This document shows, one piece after another, positions 40,112 through 51,448 of a stretch of DNA of 64,000 bases. Both the position numbers and the translations under genes were made by a program. The notes beneath the pieces were generated by a model. The model worked only from the letters and a program-made list of their open reading frames with translations, did no database searches and had not been told where the DNA came from. This stretch comes from Octopus bimaculoides (taxonomy: Eukaryota), in NCBI RefSeq assembly GCF_001194135.2, contig NC_068987.1, positions 23,780,248 through 23,844,247 on the forward strand, read 5' to 3'. How positions within the stretch are numbered: position 1 is the first letter of the stretch; each line of letters starts with the position of its first letter.

Positions 40112-42427
40112 GATAATGTAGTCCTAGATACACTACATTCAATTAAATGACAAGATGATCACATCAGGAACACTTTTGATTACTGGTTTGTTCAATCAGT
40201 ATTGACCAGAAACTAAATAACAATGGATAGCTAGATAAACTGGGCCATTAACAGTTAAATGGTTTTGCTAGGGATAAAATGAATCATTGACCCATGCAGA
40301 GAATAATTTAGTGCTTTAAAAGCATGACCAGCTGTGACTTAAGAGATTAGGCTAACAAAAAATAAAATTAACTTATAACCTGAACTGTCCTTGGTCACCT
40401 TGGAAACTGGTCTTGTGCTAAAAAAAAATTTTGCCCAACTATCATCTGTTTAACTTACATTCAGTGCACCAGCATGACCGCAGCCACTTGGCTGAAACAC
40501 ATAAATAAATAAAAATTCAAGAATGCTCATCATCATCATCATCATCATCGTCGTTTAACGTCCGCTTTCCATGCTAGCATGGGTTGGACGATTTGACTGA
40601 GGACTGGTGAAACCGGATGGCAACACCAGGCTCCAGTCTGATCTGGCAGAGTTTCTACAGCTGGATGCCCTTCCTAATGCCAACCACTCAGAGAGTGTAN
40701 NNNNNNNNNAAATAAATAAAAATTCAAGAATGCTCATCATCATCATCATCATCATCGTCGTTTAACGTCCGCTTTCCATGCTAGCATGGGTTGGACGATT
40801 TGACTGAGGACTGGTGAAACCAGATGGCTACACCAGGCTCCAATCTGATTTGGCAGTGTTTCTACAGCTGGATGAGCTGGATGCCCTTCCTAACGCCAAC
40901 CACTCAGAGAGTGTAGTGGGTGCTTTTACGTGTCACAAGCTATGGGTGCTGTCCTTTCACACTGGCATTCAATATGTTTTAAGTTTGCTCAGAAATAAAT
41001 AATTTTAAAACAATGAATTTGTCAAATCTCATTTAATTGCAGATATTTTTCAGTTTGACCCAGAACAAAAGAGGCACGTAAGTTATTTATTACATCACAA
41101 GACACCACGATTATATTTATAGAATATAAGGCTGTTTACGGTCAATGAAAGTGCATCATGGAGAAACAAGAATTTGAAAATATGAAAGGAAAAAAAAGAG
41201 GGGAGTGGGCAGGTTAATAAATAAACAAAGTCATAAAAGAAAGCTGATCTGCTTCCCTCCATCATCAGCATTTTTATTAGAGAGAAATAAATTAATCTTT
41301 CAGCTTAATGAAATATCTTTATGATTCCTAATTGTTCTATTGCCATCATCACAACACAACTTTACATCACACCAGCACCATCACAAGACAATGAGGAAGC
41401 CTCTACATGGTTGCATCATCAGCAGCAAGAAATTACAGCCAAATCTTCCTCACAAACTACTACTCTACCAGTTAAATATACAGAATAAACTAATACTAAT
41501 AATAATATATCAAAAAGGAAAATGTGAGTGGTCACAGCTTGAGTTCTGGTTAGTATTTTTCATCAGACTAAAATTAATTTTCCCAACATGTGCAAAGAAT
41601 GTCAGAGAATGACAGTTGCAGAGGAACAGTGGCTACCATACTGTAAATAAGAAGACCATGCCCACTTTCACTGTGGCCACCACATGAATCTAAAGGTGGA
41701 GAGAAATGAAATGGACAGTGAAGAGAGTGCCACATTCACACCATTACACTGCATCCACATATGACTTGATTCATCATCAAAGTATGTCAGACTATGTAGT
41801 AAGGTTGTCAGGTTAGGTGCAGACATCATATGGATCTGTGGATCATATCTCATAATTTTACTAAGAACCTGCACGTTGTAAGACTGCTTGATCTAGGCTG
41901 ACCTTGTGTCACATAAATGCCAACAGACAATTGCTACGATAATTTTTCAAACAAAATAAATAAACCAATTCATAAACAATGCAATAAACAAAAAATATAG
42001 CAAACAACAAAACATAAAGATTTTAAATATTTCCCCAATTATGAGAAATATATTAAATTTCAATGGTATGACGTGTTGGGATGCATATACATGAAGTGTA
42101 CAGCATATGTGTTTGTCTGTGAAGTGTGTGTGTGTGTGTGTGTGGGGGTACAGTATGTATTTGTGTGTGGTTTACAGAATGTGTCTGTGTGAATACAATG
42201 CTTGTGTGTGCAGTGTACCATGTGTATGACGTAGTTTGCATGTGTATGTGTGTATGGTGTATACTGTATATGTCTATGAGTATGTTGTGTATGTACACAT
42301 AATGCATAATGTGTAGAAGTGTCTTGTGTAGTAAGTGTTTATGTATGTGTTTGTGGTATGTACATATACATGTATAATAGTGTATGTGTGTTGTGCAAGG
42401 GAGTGTATGAGTATGTATGTACAGTAT

Positions 42428-42461
<34 letters not shown>

Positions 42462-45400
42462 ACAGTGTAACTGTGCAGACAACATACAGTGTGTATGTGT
42501 TTATATTAAATATATGTATTAAAGACCTGTTGTCTAGGATGGTGGGATGGTTGCAAAGGCAATAACTGTCTAGACTAAAACAACAATAATTATTGGTGAC
42601 ACATAAAAGGTACCCGTCCCAGTGACATATTAAAGGCACCTGTGCAGGTGACATATTAAAGGCACCTGTGCCAGTGACATGTTAAAGGCACCTGTGCCAG
42701 TGACATGTTAAAGGCACCTGTGCCAGTAACACATGAAAGGAACCCCGTACACTCTGCGGAGTAGTTAACATTAAGGGCATCCAACCATAGAAACCAAGCC
42801 AAATCAGACTGGAGCCCAATGCAGCTCTCCAGCTTATCAACTCCAGTCAGACCATCTAACCCATGCCAGAATCGAAAACAGATGCATGATGATGATGAAA
42901 TATAAAGTATCTCCTCGTATATTGACAATATGCTCTGACAACTTGTCACCATAATCATTGTCTTCTTTCCAGCTATTCTCACCCTTATATAATGTGGGGT
43001 AGCTATGTATTTCTCTCCAGCAAGACACCAATGCCTACCTGCCTACCATAATTTAAGTTCTCATCACCTTGCATAAAACCGCCTCCCTCTCTACTACAAC
43101 TCCATTCAGTTGAATGGTCGTTATCCTTATCTTGCAAGCTACTTGGTGACCTCACTAGTGCTGGTGCCACAAAAGATAAATAAAGCATCCAGTACACACT
43201 GTAGAGTGATTGGCATTAGGAAGGGCAACTAGCCATGGAAGCAATACCAAAAACAGACATCGGAGCTCACCTCACAGCTCACTGATTCCTGCTGAACAAT
43301 CCAACTCATGCTGGCATAAAAGATGGTCATTAAATGATGATGATGATGAAACAAATAATTTAAAATTTATTATAAAAATGCTAATTTTATGCAATAAGTA
43401 TCAGTAAATAACTAATATTTTGATGTTAAGCAAGCAAAATTTCACCATGCTTTTCAACCTCAATGTATATATTATATGTAACATTATTAAATCTATATTC
43501 CATAAGTGAAGCTACAGAATGTATCAAATATAGTGTTATAAAGGCAGAAAGTATTCTGTCTCTTGTTAAGTGTCATTACAGAGTGAAGATTAAACATATG
43601 GTCATACAGTGTATGTTTGTCTCTGGTGATTAGACTATTTTTACAGACGTATTTTATTATCAGCGAGTGTATATAAAATATCATGCATGTGTGTGCATAT
43701 ATATATATGTGTGTGTGTGAATATATATATAGTCAGTGGATCATATATCCAAAAAAAAGAAGTACACTCTAAAAGTTAGGGCAGTAATGTATTTACATGA
43801 AGTTAAATAAATGTTCGCATTATGGATGTGAAACCATTGGCCACTCTATGACCAGACATTATTTTGACTTCATTTAAATATATATATATATTCAATTTCA
43901 CTAACAGGAAGTGAGTCAACTTGAAACTATGGCAAAGGCAACATGTTCAATATTCCCTGCAGCAGAATTAAAGCCGGGATATCATGATTGTAAAACAAAC
44001 TTAACTTGGCCATAGCTACTGGTGAAGGTTTAGCCTGTGGTATGGTAGATGGGTGTTAAGATGTTAAGGAATTGGTAGGTGGAGAGCTACTGAAGAAGGG
44101 GTACAGAAGGTGTTCAAGTGTGGTAATAGAGCAGCTATGGGTGATAGGTGCAGTGTACAGGTAAACAGGTGGTATAGTATAGGTGCTTAGTCCCAGGTCA
44201 GTTACTGAGTGAACAAATCTGCTAATAAAAGACATTCCAGTCATAATCCTCTCATCCTTCTCTTGGGCATTGCATATCAATGTATTCCTCTTTTTTCAAG
44301 ACTGCACAGTATGACATGTGACACAGAGGGGGGAATGATCTGTTATTTCTAGCAGGTTAAATCCTCTTGTTGGTGTGGCATAGTGCAGTGGTACAGCAGA
44401 GTACTATATGGCAACTAAGGAATAACAAGAGGATTTGTAGCTATGACTTTAGAGTAGTAGTAGCAGCACTGTTGCTGCTGCTGCTACCACTACTACTACT
44501 ACAATAGCACCAAAATATATCAAAATAGGTAAAAGCATCAGCTGTATAAAATGTAGTAGTGGTGCTGGTAGCAGTAGTAATAGCAGAAGCATTGGTGGTG
44601 GTAGTAATGGTGGCAGTAGTGGTGGTAATAATCTTCTAAGACTAGCACAAGGCCATATATTTTGGGGAAGGGATGTAATTAAATCAAACTTTCAGCTGAT
44701 TCCTGTTTGATATCATCATTGACCCCAGGAGGATAAAAGGCAAAAGTTTACAGGGGCAAAATTTGAACTCAGAACAAAGGGATGTAACTAAATACTGCAA
44801 AAAGTTATATTGCTTCATTGCCCTTAGTCAATCTACCACACTTGACTAACTAAGCAAGAAAGGCATCAATAAGGGATCACATTGGCTGTTGGGAAAAGGT
44901 CCAACAAGAATGTTCCTGTCAGCTAATGATATTTAATGATGAACTGAAATTTGGAAACAATATAGTGAGTGCTCTATGTCCTACAAATGATCTTTGAGGG
45001 CAACCTATTTAACCTACTTAACAAATAAAAGAGGTTTTTAAATTTCAATTCCCATTCACCATCACTGCCACCTAGTTTGCCACAAATAACAGGGATATGT
45101 CTTGTTTTTTTTTTATAGGAAAGGGGTGGAAGTCTATATCAAAACAAGGGGCACTTGTGTATATTGTGTAAAGTGTGGTAAGGAAGAAATGAGGTGGAAT
45201 CTTTGTAGTGTGTTTTAGGTGTATAGTTCTGACAAAATAGATTAAATGGACTGTAAAATGTGACATGAGATGTTTGAGATAATTGCTGAAATAAAAGCAA
45301 CCCGACCCTTAAAACAAAACAAAAGGATTAGTTTAAATATTAATCATAAAATTAGGCTAAGTAATGACAACAGAAATGGGTGGGGTGGGGTTGAAAATGT

Positions 45401-47598
45401 TTGCACAAATCAACAGTAATGACTGCATAAATCAAATGTACGAACCTAATGTTGATAACAATGGTTGTTTGATACTTGGTACATGTGAAGGTGTGGAAGT
45501 ACTACTAAGTTCAGAAGTACTTAGTCGAGATTTTGTTGACGGTACATGATTGCCAATTGTATAAGACCCTGATAGAGTAGGTGACGTTTTAGATACTGAA
45601 ATATAAAAAATAGAGAACATTGTAAATAGCTTGAAAAAGAGATGAAAAGATGTTGAACAGCAAACAAATAGTAAAATAGCCAAGAATAGGTAAAAATGGT
45701 CAACAGTTGGCAAAGATAACTGACAGTTGGTAAAGATAGCAGACACACAATGGGCCAAATAGTAGTCAATAAATAAAACAACAGGTAATACAACAGACAA
45801 TTGGTAAACCTAACAGATATTTATCTGTGTAGTGACGATTAGTAACATAGCCAACTGTTGGTAAGATAGCCAGCAGTTGGTAAAATAACAGAAAATACAT
45901 AATGAGCTGACAGTTTCTGTCTACCAGTTTCACTGATAAAGCACTGGGTGGCTTGAGGTGCTCCACAGAGATGTAATCTAAACCCACATGGTTACAAAGC
46001 AGACTTTGCAACCATACACCCTTGCTTAAATTTTTTTTTATTTATGTTTCTTATCAATATCCTATCCATTTGTTTTCTATTTGTAAATTGCTGTTTTTGT
46101 AGTATCAAGTTGATTTTCTTTTGAGAAAAATGAGGGGTGTGGATCAGAATATTTGTAGTCACTTCTCCATGTGGGACAATGCAAAGAAGAAATAAAATCT
46201 GCCAAAAGAAAAAAGTTAGTAAACCTTATTTTTCTATGTCTGAATCCCAAACTTTCTGAAACTATCTGTATGTAAGCTCAATAGAACACTGTTTCCTGTA
46301 ATAAAACCCTTGAAAAGAAAGGGGAAGCAGAAGAGCCAAGAGGAGGAAGAGGAAGCAGAAGAGCCAAAACGAGGAAGAGGAAGCAGAACAGGCAGAAATG
46401 GAAGAAGAAAAAGATGGGGAGAAGGAGGGGAAGAAGAAAATATGACAAGGCAGGAGGACAGGAGGATGAGCAGGAAGGAAAGAGGGAGGAGAGGAAGAAG
46501 GAATATGGGGAGAAAAGGAGAGTAAGGCAATAGAGGAAGAAAGGAGGAGACATTCACCTCTTCCACACTTTTGCCAAGTTTTGACTCAATTAACAAACCT
46601 GTTGAATTAAACCACCTCTCAGTACAGTTCCTTTGAGCAACTATAGAATTAACTTCACTCAATAGAATACTTCAGAGTATTTACAAGAGATAATGATACT
46701 GAGTTGGAAAGCCTACTGAAAATTGTCCAGAGTTTCACCAAAGAATGAGCAAAGACCATACAGATATTTACGAGAAGGAGAAAATTAAGAAAAAGCACAA
46801 CAGAATACTAAGACTAATATTGGTATCAAATTTTGGTATATGGCCAGCAATTTTAGGTGAGGCAGTAAGTCAATTACATCAACCTCAGTGCTCGACTGGT
46901 ACTTATTTTATCGACCCCAAAAGAATGAAAGCAAAGTCAATTAGGCGGAATTTGAACTCAGAACATAAAGACAGACAAAATGCTGCCAAGCATTTTACCC
47001 AGTGGGCTAACAATTCTGCCAGTTTGCTAAGGCTAGTATTAAAAACTGAACTCAATGCTAGAAATAAGATATTAGGTATAAAAAATGACTAGCCATCCCA
47101 GTTATAAATTACGTTAACATTATACACTGGAAGAGAACTGAAAAGCAACATTCCAAAACCCATCGCTCCAAAGCTTATATAGGTGGAATATACCTCAGTC
47201 ACACACAAGAAGGATGGAGTCTGATAGAAATAGAGAATCACTAATGAGAGAATGCCTAGAAAAACATTAAGAAGCAAGCAAAGGAAGCTGATAAATGTAA
47301 TAAAGAAACATGTTAGAAACAGAAAAAAAAAAAACTTTTCTCTATTAGGAAATATGAAGGCACAAACAGGAAACTAACTGCACTGAAATAACAGACTTAG
47401 ATAAAGACAAAACAACTGAAAAAGATTAAAAAAAGAAAAACAGACATAGGTATGGTTAAGAAATTTGCTTACCAACCACATGATTTCGGGTTCTGTCCCA
47501 TTGTGTGACACCTTGAGAAAGTGTCTACTACTATAGCAACAGGCTGGCCAAAGCTTGGTGAACAGATTAGGTAGATGGAAACTGAAAGAAGCTCTTTC

Positions 47599-47634
<36 letters not shown>

Positions 47635-50625
47635 ATATATATTTATATGTGAAGGTGTGTATGCTTCTGTCAGGTGATAGTTGTAAATGAGTGCCACTGT
47701 CATACAAACAGTGTTGTTCATTTCCAATATTCTATGGAAACATGTCTGGCCATGGGGAAATAGTTATCTTGCTCGGAAAGAAATGAGGGCTGGCAACAGC
47801 AATGCCTGCTTCAATAAACTCTGTCAAACCCATGTAAGCATAGAAAAGTGAACATTAAAGTGATGATGACAACAAATAACAAAACAGAATTCCAAGATAT
47901 TTAAAAAGAGAAAAACTACTCTATCATGGTCAATATCTTGCAAAGCTTGAAACAGAGAGGAAGTGAGCCAGAGTGAAAGTTAAAAATGGCTCAAAAGTTC
48001 TGAGCTAAAAACAGAAACAGAATGTCTGATTGTAGCTGCACAACACCAAAGCCTAGCCACAAACAACTGCATATATAAAGCAGTCAAAGAAGATGCTGAC
48101 ATCAAATGCAATGAGGCATTTGACCACATCACCTCCCGCTGCCCAGTCTTTATGAAGTTCAAATATGTAGACATTTTGAATTGGCAGCTTTGTCCAATGG
48201 TCAATATGCCAACACTTCATGTAACACAAACATAAAACACATACAAAATACCCCTCTACTTCACCACTACCCAACAAAATAAGGACACGTTTCACATTGC
48301 ATATATACTACAAAACAGAAGAAATACTAAAATAGTTGCAGAAACAAGCTAAACTCCATCACAAAGTAAAAATAGTGTAGTGTAGTAACATTGATCTACA
48401 TCTCTAAAACACAATACTGTACATACCTCAGAAACACAGAGGTGCACCTGGTGCTGCAGTAGAAGTATGTATGAAATTATCAATAACAATTTCTTTTATG
48501 GTCCACAAGGGCTCAAGATGTTAACCCTTTCATTACCATATTTCAGTTGGTTTCAACTGATTTTGAAAATCATGAAGAATTAAGTAAAAGAAATTTTGAT
48601 AGAAAGTTTTAATGAAGTCCATTTTTAAACAAGAAGTTTGCATCATAGAATTAGGGGTGATCTCAGGTTAGTATCAAAAGGGTTATGGACAGTTTGTTTG
48701 TTTGTTTGTTGGCACTCCGTCGCTTACGACGTCGAGGGTTCCAGTTGATCCGATCAATGGAACAGCCTGCTCATGAAATTAACGTGCAAGTGGCTGAGCA
48801 CTCCACAGACACGTGTACCCTTAACGTAGTTCTCGGGGATATTCCGCGTGACACCGAGTGACAAGGCTGACCCTTTGAATTACAGGCACAACAGAAACAG
48901 GAAGTAAGAGTGAGAGAAAGTTGTGATGGAAGAGTACATCCCCTGCCAGAGCCTCGTGGAGCTTCAAGTGTTTTCGCTCAATAAACACACACAACGCCCN
49001 NNNNNNNNNNNNNNNNNNNNNNNNNNNNNNNNNNNNNNNNNNNNNNNNNNNNNNNNNNNNNNNNNNNNNNNNNNNNNNNNNNNNNNNNNNNNNNNNNNNN
49101 NNNNNNNNNNNNNNNNNNNNNNNNNNNNNNNNNNNNNNNNNNNNNNNNNNNNNNNNNNNNNNNNNNNNNNNNNNNNNNNNNNNNNNNNNNNNNNNNNNNN
49201 NNNNNNNNNNNNNNNNNNNNNNNNNNNNNNNNNNNNNNNNNNNNNNNNNNNNNNNNNNNNNNNNNNNNNNNNNNNNNNNNNNNNNNNNNNNNNNNNNNNN
49301 NNNNNNNNNNNNNNNNNNNNNNNNNNNNNNNNNNNNNNNNNNNNNNNNNNNNNNNNNNNNNNNNNNNNNNNNNNNNNNNNNNNNNNNNNNNNNNNNNNNN
49401 NNNNNNNNNNNNNNNNNNNNNNNNNNNNNNNNNNNNNNNNNNNNNNNNNNNNNNNNNNNNNNNNNNNNNNNNNNNNNNNNNNNNNNNNNNNNNNNNNNNN
49501 NNNNNNNNNNNNNNNNNNNNNNNNNNNNNNNNNNNNNNNNNNNNNNNNNNNNNNNNNNNNNNNNNNNNNNNNNNNNNNNNNNNNNNNNNNNNNNNNNNNN
49601 NNNNNNNNNNNNNNNNNNNNNNNTCGTAGATATGTATATATATATATATATGTGTGTGTATATGTTTGTGTGTCTGTGTTTGTCCCCCCAACATCGCTTG
49701 ACAACCAATGCTGGTGTGTTTGCATCTCCATAATTTAGCAGTTCGGCAAAAGAGTCTGATAGAATAAGTACTAGGCTTACAAAGAATAAGTCCTGGGGTC
49801 GATTTGCGCGACTAAAGGCGGTGCTCCAGCATGGCCACAGTCAAAATGACTGAAACAAGTAAAAGAATAAAAGAGTAAAAGAGTAGACTCAGCTGATAGC
49901 CAGATTTGTCCTACACATGATAACAGCTGTTCAATACAAGCCCAAAATTGGCAATGGATGGACATTGGGCATGTGCAAGTAGAATAGTTTCATCACTTTT
50001 CACTTTGGTTGCTGATGCTTCCATTCCTGCAGAGCTTGTCCCAAACAGGCCATTCCACCTTGTAGCACTGCTAGGGCAAGGACTTTTGAAAAATGCTAAT
50101 CCATCACCTGAAAGCTCTCCAAAAGATACAGTACAGACTGTTCTTTGAGGCCTAGAACGGTTTCCAGGTCACTGTCATTCATACTCACCATTAACTCTCT
50201 ATGGAATGCAAGACTGGTCATTTTGCTCACAATTTATTCCCAATTTTTCTTCACCTGGAGGTTCAGTTTGAATCACATTAAAGCACCTTAACTGAACCCT
50301 CAAACCAGTAATAGCAGATACCACTGGCCAGCATGGACGTCCTTCTCCCTGGCAACAAGTTACAAGCCCACCAACATATCATAGTAGATATGTGTTCACA
50401 TAATTTTGTGACATTCTCCCAGTAAGATACTGGCCACCTTGATTTTTCAGGTGTTTGACACATGACACTGATGTCAACTGCACTGCATATGCAAAACAAT
50501 ATATCCCTCAATATCACCAACATCTTCCTGTCCCAAAATTTACAGGTAAGATATACTGGGATCTCAGCAAATCTCTACATCTGAAAATTGCTGGCCTTGT
50601 GCCTAAATTAGAAACATTATTATTA

Positions 50626-50659
<34 letters not shown>

Positions 50660-50995
50660 CATATTCCTTCCAGAGGAGTCATAGCAGTCCTAATATTATC
50701 TATCATCATCATCACCATCATCATCGTTTAACGTCTGCTTTCCATGCTAGCATGGGTTGGACGATTTGACTGAGGACTGGTGAAACCGGATGGCAACACC
50801 AGGCTCCAATCTGATTTGGCAGAGTTTCTACAGCTGGATGCCCTTCCTAACGCCAACCACTCAGAAAGTGTAGTGAGTGCTTTTACGTGTCACCCGCACG
50901 AAAGCCAGTCAGGCGGTACTGGCAACGGCCACGCTCAAAATGGTGTATTTTATGTGCCACCCGCACAAGAGCCAGTCCAGGGGCACTGGCAACGA

Positions 50996-51037
<42 letters not shown>

Positions 51038-51408
51038 ANNNNNNNNNNNNNNNNNNNNNNNNNNNNNNNNNNNNNNNNNNNNNNNNNNNNNNNNNNNNNN
51101 NNNNNNNNNNNNNNNNNNNNNNNNNNNNNNNNNNNNNNNNNNNNNNNNNNNNNNNNNNNNNNNNNNNNNNNNNNNNNNNNNNNNNNNNNNNNNNNNNNNN
51201 NNNNNNNNNNNNNNNNNNNNNNNNNNNNNNNNNNNNNNNNNNNNNNNNNNNNNNNNNNNNNNNNNNNNNNNNNNNNNNNNNNNNNNNNNNNNNNNNNNNN
51301 NNNNNNNNNNNNNNNNNNNNNNNNNNNNNNNNNNNNNNNNNNNNNNNNNNNNNNNNNNNNCATCTGAAAATTGCTGGCCTTGTGCCTAAATTAGAAACAT
51401 TATTATTA

Positions 51409-51448
<40 letters not shown>

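Noticed and set aside
41620-41940. 68-aa [25 protein letters not shown] as an extra SLAIN exon
   Set aside because: No convincing flanking splice sites in phase 1, and composition is unlike the S/P-rich exons.
21721-42746. CRISPR-like appearance of the 26- and 29-bp repeats
   Set aside because: Head-to-tail tandem units with no unique spacers, no cas genes and a eukaryotic context.
49950-50520. GC-richer stretch that might be a nested gene or LINE endonuclease
   Set aside because: Stops in the extended frames, and only vague similarity to RTE endonuclease; not supportable.
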